Positions 10,613 through 22,740 are shown, counted from the stretch's first letter. The stretch: 64,000 bases of DNA from Spirochaetia bacterium (GCA_965199955.1 CBDATQ010000001.1:2112001-2176000), one strand, 5' to 3'. The notes: a model not told the origin generated them from the letters alone. Made by a program: numbers and translations.

Positions 10613-11512
10613 GTGGTAGACTTCCGCAGCAAGGCCGATCGCGTCACCGACGGGGTCAACGTCGCCATCCTGGCGGTCATCCTGGTCGTGACCGTCTATC
10701 CCATGTACTTCGTCGTGATCGCCTCGATCAGCGAGCCGACGCTCGTTTCCGCCGGTCACGTCTACCTGTGGCCGCGCGGGCTGAACGTCGAGGGGTACTC
10801 CTACATCTTCCGCACCCGCAACATCCTGGAGGGCTACCGCAACTCCGTCGTGTACGCCATCGGGCAGACGGCGGTATCGCTGATGCTGACCATCCCCGCC
10901 GCCTACGCGCTGTCCCGCAAGGACCTGCGCGGCCGGGGACTGATCATGTTCTATTTCGTGTTCACCCTGTATTTCACCGGCGGCATCATCCCGTTCTACG
11001 TCGTGGTGCGGCGGCTGGGCCTGAACGATTCGGCGTGGGCGCTGATCCTGCCGAACGCCGTGAACGTCTTCAACCTGATCGTGGCGCGCACGTTCTTCGC
11101 GAGCAACGTGCCGGAGGAGTTGCTGGAGTCCGCGCAGATCGACGGGTGCACGAACTCCCGGTTCTTCGCCAGCGTCGCGCTGCCGCTCGCGCAGGCGATC
11201 GTCGCCATCATCGTGCTGTTCAACGTCGTGCAGAACTGGAACGCGTTCTTCCACGCCCTGCTGTTCATCAACGACTCCGACAAGTACCCGCTGCAACTGG
11301 TGCTCAGGCGGCTGCTCATCTTGAACGAGCTGTTGTCGGGGGGAGAGGGTCTGGAAAGTTATACACCGCAGGAGATCCAGCGTCGGCAGATCCTGGCCGA
11401 CCTGCTGCGCTACGGCATCATCGTGGTGGCGATCGCGCCGCTGCTGATCCTCTATCCGTTCATTCAACGCCATTTCGTCAAGGGCATCATGGTCGGCTCG
11501 ATCAAGGGATGA
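10613..11512 (+). CDS. Carbohydrate ABC transporter permease (start approximate)
   Basis: YPMYFVVIAS, GGIIPFY, EELLESAQIDG, YPFIQRHFVKGIMVGSIKG. Confidence 0.9.
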   Translation: MVDFRSKADRVTDGVNVAILAVILVVTVYPMYFVVIASISEPTLVSAGHVYLWPRGLNVEGYSYIFRTRNILEGYRNSVVYAIGQTAVSLMLTIPAAYALSRKDLRGRGLIMFYFVFTLYFTGGIIPFYVVVRRLGLNDSAWALILPNAVNVFNLIVARTFFASNVPEELLESAQIDGCTNSRFFASVALPLAQAIVAIIVLFNVVQNWNAFFHALLFINDSDKYPLQLVLRRLLILNELLSGGEGLESYTPQEIQRRQILADLLRYGIIVVAIAPLLILYPFIQRHFVKGIMVGSIKG

Positions 11513-11541
11513 CGCCGACCGCCATGCCCGTTCAGCCGCTT

Positions 11542-11577
11542 GTGAGCGGCCCCTTCGGGGCGGTTCGCTGCGCTCAC
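11542..11577 (+). repeat. Structured dispersed repeat, copy 1 (covariant stem)
   Basis: GTGAGCG-GCCCC-TTC-GGGGC-GGTTCGCTG-CGCTCAC; followed by hairpin GGGTCCC-GAGTGAA-GGGACCC (11578-11598). Confidence 0.7.
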
Positions 11578-11619
11578 GGGTCCCGAGTGAAGGGACCCGA
11601 TTTCATCAAGGAGGGTGCT

Positions 11620-13206
11620 ATGAAGAAGGCACTCGTTTCGTTTCTGGGGATCGCCATGCTGCTGGTGAGCCCCGCGTTCCTGTTCGCCGCCGGCGAAGAG
11701 GAGACCATGAGCTCCGCCGAGCTCACCGAGCCGGGGGTGTTCCCGGTGCAACCGGGCATCACCCTGCAGGCAGGGTGGAACTCCGGCCGGTGGGGCAGCG
11801 CAGAGGAGAACCTCTGGGCGCAGAGCTGGGCGGAGCCCACCGGGGTGACGCTCGAGTTCGTGGAGATGGAGAACGAGGAGAAGATCACGATCGTGTTCTC
11901 CGCCGACGACTATCCCGACCTGATGCTCGGGACCGCCGGTCTCGAGAAGAATCTCATCGCCCGGCTATTGCAGGAGGGCGTCGTCGCCGACCTCCGGCCC
12001 TACCTGTTTCAGGGGTACACCCCCAATCTGGACCAGATCTTCACCGAGAAGCCGGAGTCGCTGGCCTACATGCTCAATCCGGAGGGCAAGCTGTCGAACC
12101 TGGCGCGCTTTCAGTTCCAGGAATCGCACTACCTGGAACAGAACTACATGATCAACCGGAAGTGGCTCGACGCCCTCGGACTGGACGTTCCGACGACCAC
12201 CGACGAGCTGCGCGATGTGCTGATCGCGTTCCGTGACAACGATGCCAACGGGAACGGAGACGCGGACGACGAGCTGCCGTTCGGCTACATGGCCACCGAC
12301 GGCTACGCCCAGCACCTGCGCTCGATGTACGGCATCTGGGGCATGCCCACCAAGAACGGCATCGCCATCACGGACGGCACGGCGTATTTCGCCCCGATCA
12401 CCGACGCCTATCGCGAGATGGTCACCTACTTCGCGGACCTGTACAGCGAGGGGCTGATTGACCCGGAGAGCTTCACGCAGTCGCGGGCGGACTTCGACGC
12501 CAAGGTCGACGATCCGGCCGGCAACGTGTACGGATTCATCATCGCGGTGCGCGGCTACCAGGGTACCGACGGCCGCGCCGAGTTCGAGTCGATACCGCCG
12601 TTCCGTGCCCCGGGCCATGAGCCCGAGATCTGGGTCCATCCCGGCCGGCTGGCGATCAAGCACGTCTGGTTCATGACCGACGTGAACCCGTATCCCGAGC
12701 ACACGATGGCGTGGGTCGACCGCTTCTATACGCTGGAGAACAGCGTGCAGAGCATGTTCGGCATCGCTCCCGAGGGGGTGAAGCTGATCGACGGCGTCTG
12801 GACGCCGCAGGAGATCCCCGCGGAACGGCGGCAGAAGATCTCCACCGTCGGAGCGATCCCCGCACTCTTCCGGGCCGAGGACTACGGTGTGAGGCTGGCG
12901 ATGGACGCCAGCTCGCAGTTGCTGTACGACGCCTATTACGCTCACTACATCGATTACAAGGCGGCCGAGCAGTGGGTGCGGCCGGAGTTCACGGACTCGG
13001 AGCAGACCGAGGTCAACGAGCTGCGGACCGACATCAACACGCTCTGGCAGAGCAATGAAGCCCGCTGGATCACCGGCGCCGGCGACATCGACACGGAGTG
13101 GGACGACTACGTCGAGCAGATGAAGTCCATGAAGATCGACCGCTACGTGGAGCTGCACCAGGCGGCCCACACGCGGTTCGCAAGCGAGATCGGCGACCGC
13201 CGCTGA
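11620..13206 (+). CDS. Extracellular solute-binding protein (carbohydrate ABC)
   Basis: AAGGAGG RBS, signal peptide MKKALV…LFA|AGEEE, INRKWLDALGLDVPTTTDEL, AFRDNDANGNG, EWDDYVEQMK. Confidence 0.92.
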   Translation: MKKALVSFLGIAMLLVSPAFLFAAGEEETMSSAELTEPGVFPVQPGITLQAGWNSGRWGSAEENLWAQSWAEPTGVTLEFVEMENEEKITIVFSADDYPDLMLGTAGLEKNLIARLLQEGVVADLRPYLFQGYTPNLDQIFTEKPESLAYMLNPEGKLSNLARFQFQESHYLEQNYMINRKWLDALGLDVPTTTDELRDVLIAFRDNDANGNGDADDELPFGYMATDGYAQHLRSMYGIWGMPTKNGIAITDGTAYFAPITDAYREMVTYFADLYSEGLIDPESFTQSRADFDAKVDDPAGNVYGFIIAVRGYQGTDGRAEFESIPPFRAPGHEPEIWVHPGRLAIKHVWFMTDVNPYPEHTMAWVDRFYTLENSVQSMFGIAPEGVKLIDGVWTPQEIPAERRQKISTVGAIPALFRAEDYGVRLAMDASSQLLYDAYYAHYIDYKAAEQWVRPEFTDSEQTEVNELRTDINTLWQSNEARWITGAGDIDTEWDDYVEQMKSMKIDRYVELHQAAHTRFASEIGDRR

Positions 13207-13230
13207 TCGATCCTCGAACTTGATCGGATC

Positions 13231-13273
13231 GTGACCGGGGGTGGATGCCGAGACGGCGTTCGCTCCCGGCCAC
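13231..13273 (+). terminator. Long G-U-containing stem-loop downstream of the SBP gene (mRNA stabiliser or attenuator)
   Basis: GTGACCGGGGGTGGATGCCG-AGA-CGGCGTTCGCTCCCGGCCAC. Confidence 0.55.
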
Positions 13274-13298
13274 GGCTCCACCACCGCGGAGTGAAACC

Positions 13299-14057
13299 AT
13301 GAAAGCGAACACCATGAAGCGCTCGATGCAGGCGGGATCGCCCGTGGTCGGCGCGGAGCTGGCGCTGGGCAATCCCCTGGCGGGGGAGATCTTCTCCCTG
13401 GCCGGATTCGACTTCGTGCAGGTCGACATGCAGCACGGCATGTGGACGGACGAAACGGCACTGCAGGCCTTTCATCGCATCTGTCTGGGTCAGGCGACCC
13501 CGTCCGTGCGCGTCGTCGGCAACGACTACGCCGCCATCGGCCGCGTCCTCGACCGGGGGGCGCTCACCGTGGTCGTGCCCATGGTCAACTCGGTCGCGGA
13601 GGCCGAGGCCGCTGCTCAGGCGGTGCGCTATCCGCCGCGCGGCCGGCGGTCGAGTGGGGCGCCCACCGGCTACCTGACCTATGACGCCGACTACGGCCAG
13701 GCGACCAATGACGAGATCTGCCTGATGGTGCAGATCGAGACGAAAGAGGCCGTCGCCGCCGCGCGGGAGATCCTGTCCGTCGACGGCGTGGACGGCTGCA
13801 TGATCGGGCCGAGCGACCTGGGCAAGTCGCTCGGCCCGTCCGTAGGCCAGGAGGAACAGGCGCGCATGCAGCTCCAGGTGCGTGACATCTGCCTTGATCT
13901 GGGCCGGTTTCCCGGCATCGCCACCGGCGGCCCGGGCGCCGAGCAGCACCTGCGCGAGGGTTTCCTGTTCGTGCTGGCTACCGGAGACTTCGGCATCCTC
14001 ACCGAGGGCGCGACCAAGGCGAGGAGCTGGCTGGACGACGTGCGCGCCTCGCTCTGA
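13299..14057 (+). CDS. HpcH/HpaI aldolase family protein
   Basis: GFDFVQVDMQHG, LDRGA, VPMVNS, RYPPRGRR, MVQIET, IGPSDL. Confidence 0.92.
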   Translation: MKANTMKRSMQAGSPVVGAELALGNPLAGEIFSLAGFDFVQVDMQHGMWTDETALQAFHRICLGQATPSVRVVGNDYAAIGRVLDRGALTVVVPMVNSVAEAEAAAQAVRYPPRGRRSSGAPTGYLTYDADYGQATNDEICLMVQIETKEAVAAAREILSVDGVDGCMIGPSDLGKSLGPSVGQEEQARMQLQVRDICLDLGRFPGIATGGPGAEQHLREGFLFVLATGDFGILTEGATKARSWLDDVRASL

Positions 14058-14131
14058 AGGGCTTCGGGGTCGACTGGGCCTCAGGCGCCGACGCGCTCAA
14101 CCGGACCGGAATCAACGCCAGGCTGCCACCC

Positions 14132-14777
14132 ATGCAGCACGCACACGTCGACGGCGGAGGCGAGGTGACTCTGCGGGCCTCAGCCGGACGCCGGATGGAC
14201 GGTGTGCTCGGGGTGTCGATCACCTTGCAAGGCGCGGTCGACTCCGGCGACAGCAACCATGTGACGCAGGTGAGGCGGTTCGCGATGGAGTGCGCGGATC
14301 GGCTGCGACGGAGCGCGCCGGGTTGCGAGCGCTGCTACGCGCTGCACCTGTCGCCCGTGGTGGGCGCACGCGGCGGACCCTGCATCGACGGCGAATACAC
14401 GGTCACGGTCGAGGACCACGAGCGCGGCGCGCGCTTCGACGACGTGCTGTTCTTGAACATCCACGAGGGTCGGCCGCCACACGCCGGGGCGGTGGAGGGC
14501 TGCGACGTCCCGTATCGCTGTCTGCTGCCGCAGGGCGTCGACAACCTGCTGGTGGTCGGGCGCGGCGCTGCCTACATCCGCCGCGGTCACGACCCGACGG
14601 GTATGCGCGCGCGGCCGCTGGTGATGGGTCAGGCGGCCGGAGTGGCCGCCGACGCTCGCGATCGAGTCGGACACCACGGTCAAGGGGGTGGATCGCCGCG
14701 AACTGCAGCGCCGCCTGGTCGCCGACGGGTTCCACCTCGGCGATGCCGTTCGCCTGCGCGAGCTGGAGCTCGCCTGA
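14132..14777 (+). pseudogene. C-terminal fragment of an FAD-dependent oxidoreductase (FAD_oxidored type)
   Basis: DVPYRCLLPQGVDNLLVVGR, MGQAAGVAA, and VDRRELQRRLVADG in a shifted frame; no N-terminal GxGxxG. Confidence 0.7.
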
Positions 14778-14852
14778 GCCGGCGAGAATTCCCCTTCGTC
14801 TCGGCCGGCACGGCAGCAGCGCACGTCATCGAGTGCTTCGCCACGCCCGGGG

Positions 14853-16649
<1,797 letters not shown>

Positions 16650-16792
16650 GCGTTGGGCACGAATGTGCTAACCGCGGCAGCTCTTCGCCAAGCCCGGTCG
16701 CAGCAGTGAGCAGCGGCGTGACGCGGGTACCATGGCCTTCCGAGCCGGGGTGCTCGCCAGGGTCTTGAGATCGACCGGGATTGACCGTCCCG

Positions 16793-17883
16793 TCACCCCG
16801 GGCGGCCGGGCCGGGAGTCGATCGGGATCTGAGCGCGCTCGGCCGCTGCGCGGTCGAACGCCGCCATCACCTCAAGCACGTGCTGCGCGAGCTCGCCGCT
16901 GCATCGATGCGGCGTCCCGGAGCGCAGCCCGATGCACATATCCGCCAGACGATGCTGCGCGCGTTCTCGGTCGGTCCGGCGCCCAGCGGTACCTCCGTCC
17001 ACTCGCCGCCGGGATCTGCCACCGCGACCGGTCCGCCGAAGCCGTTGGGATCCGGGGCGGAGATGCTGCCCGCGGTGCCGTACAGCTCCAGGCGCGGATG
17101 GGAGTGCCGCCACACGTCGAAGCTCAGGGCGATGGTGCCGATGCAGCCCGTGCCTCATCCAGATCGCGGACGCCGCCACCACGCGGCCGATGCGCCCGGC
17201 GGCGACCAGCGCGCGGACAGTCTGGTGGCCGGCGCCAAGGAAAGTGTCGGGCGCGCTGCCGACGCGCAGTCCGCGCTCGCGCGCGGCGGCCAGCACCTCG
17301 GCCCCGGCTGACGGGTCGACGGCAAATGGCTTCTCGCAGTAGACGTGCTTGCCGGCCTCGATCGCCGCCAGGTTCACCGGAGCGTGCGCGCCCGGCACGG
17401 TCAGGTTGAGGACCTCCACCGCCGGGTCCACGTGCAGGTAATACTGCTCCGAGCACACGGCGAAGTCAGCGATCCCGTCGGTGATGCCGCTGGACGAGGC
17501 GCGGACGTTGACCGTGTACTCGACCCCGTCCCCGCCCCGGGTGGTCGACCCGGTGCCTCCGGTGATGAACCGCCAGAGCGTGGAGTTGCGAAAGGCGTCG
17601 CACATGCCGCCGTGGCAGCCGGCCATGCCGACGCCTCCGGCCACCGCCGCGGAAACCGCCTCGACCTGCTCCCTGTCGATGGTGCCCATGGTCCAGATCG
17701 GGACCAGCAGGTGGATCCGGCCCATCAGCCCTGCATCCCCAACGACTCCAGGCGGTCGGAGGCGGTGACGGAGAAGCCTTCTCGCTCCAGCACCTGCCGG
17801 AACACCTCGCTCACCTTCCCGGGCTCGTGACCTTCTCAGCCACCCTGCACGATCAGCGCTTCACGCTGCGTCGCGGCGTTCAC
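16793..17883 (-). pseudogene. Decayed ThuA-like gene fused by deletion to a Gfo/Idh/MocA oxidoreductase
   Basis: GGAGG plus GTG at 17883; ALIVQGG*EGHEP (TGA at 17836-17838); GCHGGMCDAFR; SEQYYLHVDPAVEVL joined to NLTVP…GKHVYCEKP…GSAPDTFLG…ELYGTAG; frameshifts and internal deletion. Confidence 0.8.
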
Positions 17884-17927
17884 CGCGGCCTCCGTGCTAT
17901 AACCGACGGTGCAATGAGGGCACGTAC

Positions 17928-18806
17928 ATGAGTGAGGTCGAAGTGATCGTCGATCGCCGATGCCTGGTGGGCGAGGGAGCCATCTGGGATGCGCGCCGCC
18001 GGCATCTCCTGTGGGTGGATATTCTGGGTCATCTGCTGTTCATCTACGACCCGGAGACAGGAGAGAATCGCGAGATCAACCTGCTGCAGGCCGTCGGCAC
18101 GGTTGTACCACGGACTGCCGGCGGTGTCGTGGTCGCCCTGCACAACGGCTTTGCCTTCCTCGACCTGGAGACCGAGCGGATGACGCCCATTGCCGACCCG
18201 GAGGCCGACATCCCCGGAAACCGCTTCAACGACGGCAAGTGCGACCCGGCCGGGCGGCTGTGGGCCGGCACCATGGCTTTCGACGGCATGCGCGAGCAGG
18301 AGCAGGGATCGCTGTACAGCCTGGACACCGACGGGACGGTCACCTGGAAGCTCGGCCGCATCAGCATCTCCAACGGCATCGTCTGGAGCGCCGACGCGCG
18401 CACCATGTACTACATCGACACCGTCAAGAACGACGTTCGCGCCTTCGACTACGACCTGGATACCGGCGCGATCGCCAACGAGCGGGTGACGTGCCGCCAC
18501 GACGGTGAAGGCCATTTCGACGGCATGACCCTGGATGACGAAGGAATGGTGTGGATCGCCATCTTCGGCGGCGGAGCGGTGAAGCGCTACAACCCGGAGA
18601 CCGGCGAGCACCTGGCCACCATCGAGTTGCCGGTGAGTTGCGTGACCTCGTGCGCGTTCGGCGGTCCGGACCTGGATCAGCTCTACATCACCTCGGCTTC
18701 GTACCGGCTGACAGCTACCGAGCTGGCCGGGCAGCCGCTGGCCGGATCGCTGTTCCGGGCTGTCCCGGGCGTGCGCGGCGTGCCGGCCTTCGAGTACGCG
18801 GGGTAG
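17928..18806 (+). CDS. SMP-30/gluconolactonase/LRE family lactonase
   Basis: GEGAIWD, NRFNDGKCDPAGRLWAGTM, ISNGIVWS, DGMTLD, TSCAFGG. Confidence 0.95.
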   Translation: MSEVEVIVDRRCLVGEGAIWDARRRHLLWVDILGHLLFIYDPETGENREINLLQAVGTVVPRTAGGVVVALHNGFAFLDLETERMTPIADPEADIPGNRFNDGKCDPAGRLWAGTMAFDGMREQEQGSLYSLDTDGTVTWKLGRISISNGIVWSADARTMYYIDTVKNDVRAFDYDLDTGAIANERVTCRHDGEGHFDGMTLDDEGMVWIAIFGGGAVKRYNPETGEHLATIELPVSCVTSCAFGGPDLDQLYITSASYRLTATELAGQPLAGSLFRAVPGVRGVPAFEYAG

Positions 18807-18810
18807 CGCG

Positions 18811-19971
18811 ATGGCAGACCCCATCATCACTTCCCTGGAGCTGATCGACTTCTCCTACGAGCAGCGCGAGCTGGGAACCGACTACCACATGTTTAACCAG
18901 GTATATGTCCCGGGGGCGCGCCTGCAGGCCGGCGGCACGATTCTGGTGGTCCACAGCGACGCCGGCATCTCGGGCTCCTGTGCCGGGATCCAACCGGTGG
19001 ACATCGCGGTGATTCCTCGCCTGTGGCCGTTCCTCAAGGGCCGAAACGCGCTGGAGCGCGAGTTCATCTACGACGAGATCAAGCGCGCCCAGCGCCAGAA
19101 TGCCCGCATCGGCGTAGCGCCGGTGGACATCGCCCTGTGGGACCTGGCCGGCCGGCTGCTGGACCAGCCGATCTACCGGCTGCTCGGCGGGTGGAAGGAG
19201 TCGGTGCCGTGCTACGCATCCACCTACCACGGCGACGAGAACGGCGGCCTCGACAGCCCGCAGGCGTTCGCGGACTTCGCCGTGCAGTGCCGGGACATGG
19301 GCTACCCGGCGTTCAAGATCCACGGCTGGGGGCAGGGGCCGGTGAGCCGCGAGGTGGACAACGTGCTGGCCGTGCGCCGTGCGGTCGGCGACCAGATGGA
19401 TCTGATGCTCGACCCCGCCTGCGAGCTGCGCACCTTCGCGGACGCGGTCAAGGTCGGCCACGCCTGTGACGACGCCCGCTACTACTGGTACGAGGATCCG
19501 TTCCGCGACGGCGGCATTTCGCAGTTCGCGCACCGCAAGCTGCGCCAGCTCATCCGCACGCCGCTGCTGATGACCGAGCACGTGCGTACCCTGGAGCCTC
19601 ACATCGACTTCGCCCTGGCCGACGCCACCGACTTCGTGCGCGGCGACGTCGGCTACGACGGCATTACCGGCGTGGTGAAGCTCGCGCACACCGCCGAGGC
19701 GCTGGGCATCGACATCGAGTTCCACGGGCCCGGACCCGCGCAGCGGCAGTGCATGGCGGCCATCCGCAACACCAATTACTACGAGCTGGGGCTCGTTCAT
19801 CCCAACGTTCCGACGGCCCGGAATGCCGGCTTGTACGCCGACTACTCGGACGCGCTCGACGCCATCGACGACCGGGGGCACGTGCCGGTACCGACCGGCC
19901 CCGGCCTGGGCGTGGAGATCGACTGGGACTGGGTGCGCGCGTACGAGAGCGGGCGGCGCGTCCTGGACTGA
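18811..19971 (+). CDS. Mandelate racemase/muconate lactonizing enzyme family dehydratase
   Basis: DIALWDLAG, FKIHGW, LMLDPA, WYEDP, TEH, PTGPGLG. Confidence 0.92.
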   Translation: MADPIITSLELIDFSYEQRELGTDYHMFNQVYVPGARLQAGGTILVVHSDAGISGSCAGIQPVDIAVIPRLWPFLKGRNALEREFIYDEIKRAQRQNARIGVAPVDIALWDLAGRLLDQPIYRLLGGWKESVPCYASTYHGDENGGLDSPQAFADFAVQCRDMGYPAFKIHGWGQGPVSREVDNVLAVRRAVGDQMDLMLDPACELRTFADAVKVGHACDDARYYWYEDPFRDGGISQFAHRKLRQLIRTPLLMTEHVRTLEPHIDFALADATDFVRGDVGYDGITGVVKLAHTAEALGIDIEFHGPGPAQRQCMAAIRNTNYYELGLVHPNVPTARNAGLYADYSDALDAIDDRGHVPVPTGPGLGVEIDWDWVRAYESGRRVLD

Positions 19972-20682
19972 TCAGTAGCAGGCACCCATCGGGAACCTGA
20001 AGAACACCTTCTGACCGCGTTCGAGAAAGGCGGGCGCATCGACCGGGTACTCCACGCTGCAGAGAATCCCGCGCCGATGCTCGGCATGGGCGACGAACCG
20101 TTTCGTCAGCGAGGCATCTCCGTATTCCCTGGTGATGGCGCGCCCGGTACGGCTGCAGCCCTTCTGCTGCAGGTACTGAATCAGCGTCGCGATGGGGGTG
20201 CGCGGAAGTTCGGCGGCGTTCGCGGGGGCGATCGCGAAATAGGTGTTGAGGGGCACTTCCGAGATGCAGTAATCGGCGCCGTCATCCCGGTCGATGACGA
20301 CGTTCGCTCCAAGCAGCCCGGGGGTGATGCTCACACCGAGACTCCGGGTCAACAGGTGACATTCGTACGAGGAGACGGCGAAGATCTGGCGCCGGTTCAC
20401 GATGGCCGTGCCGGTCTCCCTGTAGAGCGGTGCTTCCCGCCCGGTAGAGGGTCTGGTGAGGCCGCGGTGACGGTCTCCCGTGATGCCGTGACAGTCGACG
20501 GCGAGCCGGTCGACCTGCTGCGTGACCGAATGGCCACCGGGATTGCTGGCCATGTCCTGGTCGTCGTTCGGCCCCAGAACGGCGCGGATGACGCCGACTT
20601 CAGGGATATTGGCTGTCTCCCACTTGTGCAGGTTCGCCCGTTGCTGCGCGATGAAGTCGGTCAGATCGTCATGAAAGAGCAT
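19972..20682 (-). CDS. MOSC-like domain protein
   Basis: HGITGDRH, RQIFAVS, PGLLGANVVI, Cys in KGCSRTG, RRGILCSV. Confidence 0.6.
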   Translation of the reverse strand: MLFHDDLTDFIAQQRANLHKWETANIPEVGVIRAVLGPNDDQDMASNPGGHSVTQQVDRLAVDCHGITGDRHRGLTRPSTGREAPLYRETGTAIVNRRQIFAVSSYECHLLTRSLGVSITPGLLGANVVIDRDDGADYCISEVPLNTYFAIAPANAAELPRTPIATLIQYLQQKGCSRTGRAITREYGDASLTKRFVAHAEHRRGILCSVEYPVDAPAFLERGQKVFFRFPMGACY

Positions 20683-20688
20683 GACGGC

Positions 20689-21165
20689 TCACATGGCCGT
20701 CAGATGCTTGAAGTACAGCGCGGCGTCAGGCGCCTTCCTGGAGGCGGCTCGATAGAGATCGACGTCCACGGTGACCAACGGTCGTGCATCGGAGACTATC
20801 TCCAGGAGCGCGGCATCGGTAAGTCCGAGCCGGTGGAATGAGCTGCTGCGCGACACGTCGACGCTCGCGATGACGACCTCCTCCGTAGCCTCGATCAGGA
20901 CCTTGAGCGTGCCGAAACAGCGTGACCGCTCGGGATCTCCATGCTGAGCGAGCAGGTTGGATGCCTCCGTGAGTGTGTTCGGCGTGACGACTACCCTGCC
21001 GAACTCGATGATCAGGTCGGTCAGGCGATCGTGGTCGTCAGTCGTGACCTCCCTCAGGCGCCCGTGCTTCGCGATCAGGCGCCGGTCCGTGCCGCCTGCC
21101 ACGAGCAGCACCAACAGATTGGCGTCGACGAGCACGCCGGTCTCGCGTGCGTGATCATTCGCCAT
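20689..21165 (-). CDS. PIN-domain protein (putative toxin)
   Basis: VLVDANLL, TPNTLTEASN, LGLTDAALL, LVTVD. Confidence 0.85.
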   Translation of the reverse strand: MANDHARETGVLVDANLLVLLVAGGTDRRLIAKHGRLREVTTDDHDRLTDLIIEFGRVVVTPNTLTEASNLLAQHGDPERSRCFGTLKVLIEATEEVVIASVDVSRSSSFHRLGLTDAALLEIVSDARPLVTVDVDLYRAASRKAPDAALYFKHLTAM

Positions 21166-21402
21166 CGTCGATGGCCCGATGAGTCACGGAGATCACCTGA
21201 CCGTTCTCGTCGTCGATGCGAACGATCTTGTAAGCGTCGTCTCGGGTCGGTGTGTAAAGCCGCGGCAAGTGGAGCCAGCGGCTGGTCGCTGAACGACCGG
21301 AAGAACCCGATCGTTACATCGTCCGACGCGGCTGACGCCTTCGTCGGCGTAGAGCGTGGTGATGTAATCCTTCGCGGCTCTTACCGCTTCCTGCACGTCC
21401 AT
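21155..21402 (-). pseudogene. Small partner or antitoxin-like gene upstream of PIN, disrupted
   Basis: MDVQEAVRAAKDYITTLYADEG, then DVTIGFFR, then YKIVRIDDENGQVISVTHR…* in shifted frames; stop overlaps the PIN start. Confidence 0.6.
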
Positions 21403-21478
21403 CTCCTCGACCATAGCACAGGGTCTTCCACGAGCCGCGAGCGCTACGTCGAGAACGGACCCGAGACCCTCCGGCCGC

Positions 21479-22678
21479 TTATTCGTCCACTTCGGGGAGG
21501 TGGCAGCGGGCTGCCTCGGTGCCGTGCGCCAGGGTGACTTCCGGACGCCACCGGAATCTGCCGAGCGCGGGGTTGTCCACGTCCGTGGCCGCGTCAGCAA
21601 TCAATCCGCCGAGCACCGGCGCGAACTTGAATCCGTGGCCGCTGCCGCCGCCGGCCACCGTCAGTCCGACCCGTCCCGGGTCGCGTGCGATCCAGAAGTC
21701 CTCGTCCTGCGTGTCGGCGTACAGGCACAGGCGGGTGTACACCACGGGAGCGTCAGCCAGGGCCGGAAAGGTGTCGCGAAGAAAGCTGCGGAGGCGCGTC
21801 TCCGCGCCGGCTGCAAGGTGGCGCGGAGCGTCGGGATCGATCGGCCGGCCGAGCGCGTGGGAGCCGATCTTGACCACGCCCTGTGGGTTGACCGGGAAGC
21901 CGTAGTAGCCGGTGCGCGCCACGTCGGCCGTGAACGTCGGAAACCGCTCAGCCCGGAACAGGACGGGGTCGGCGGGACGCAGGTGGAACACCGGGTGGCC
22001 GCTCGCGCGAATCGCGCCCGAAACCGGTGGGTGCAAGGTGCCCGCCCAGGCGCCGGTGGCCAGCACCACGGCGTCGGCTTCAAGGTCCTGGCCCTGGTCG
22101 GTGCGCACGCCGCGGACGCCGCCGGCTCGTTCGATCAGCGCCGTCATCCGGGTGCCCTCGCGCACTGTGACTCCCTCGCCAAGTGCCCGCCGCGCGAGCG
22201 CAGCGACTACCTTGCCACTCTCCGCGTAGCCGCCCTTGTGATGGTAGAAGCCGTCGACGAAGCGGCTGGTGCTCCACGCGGGGTAGCGGTTGGTGATGGT
22301 AGCCGCGTCCATGCGCTCGGGCCGGTGGGAGCGGTCCAGGAGCGTACGGTAGCTGTCGTGCTCGAAGCCGCCGGGCGCCATCGGATCGCGGGTGACCATC
22401 AGCACGCCGCTCTCGTGATACAGCGGGCCGGTGCCGTCCGCCGTCCAGCGCTCGTTCCAGCGCAGCCAGCCGGCGTGAGCTTCCTCCATGAGCGCCATGT
22501 AGTCCCGGTCGGGGCCGTACTCCATGCGTACGACCTTGCTGATGTCGGTGCTGGCGGCCAGTGGCGCCGGGATCGGGCCCGGGTCGAGCAGGGTCACCGC
22601 GTGGCCGCGGGCGCGCAGCTCCAGTGCCGCGGTGACGCCGAAGATGCCGGCGCCGACGACGATGAACCGGTCCGCCAT
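21479..22678 (-). CDS. FAD-dependent oxidoreductase (sarcosine oxidase/fructosyl-amino acid oxidase-like, DAO family)
   Basis: IVVGAGIFG, ASTDISKVVRMEYG, RLCLYADT, GGSGHGFKFAP. Confidence 0.9.
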   Translation of the reverse strand: MADRFIVVGAGIFGVTAALELRARGHAVTLLDPGPIPAPLAASTDISKVVRMEYGPDRDYMALMEEAHAGWLRWNERWTADGTGPLYHESGVLMVTRDPMAPGGFEHDSYRTLLDRSHRPERMDAATITNRYPAWSTSRFVDGFYHHKGGYAESGKVVAALARRALGEGVTVREGTRMTALIERAGGVRGVRTDQGQDLEADAVVLATGAWAGTLHPPVSGAIRASGHPVFHLRPADPVLFRAERFPTFTADVARTGYYGFPVNPQGVVKIGSHALGRPIDPDAPRHLAAGAETRLRSFLRDTFPALADAPVVYTRLCLYADTQDEDFWIARDPGRVGLTVAGGGSGHGFKFAPVLGGLIADAATDVDNPALGRFRWRPEVTLAHGTEAARCHLPEVDE

Positions 22679-22740
22679 TCCGTGGCAGCATGCCACGAAC
22701 GCGAGTGATGCGAGTGATCGACAGGTCGGGGGATGTCTCC

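Noticed and set aside
17836..17838. TGA at a conserved Trp position as evidence of an alternative genetic code
   Set aside because: Intact genes use TGG for Trp and TGA as stop throughout; this gene has other lesions.
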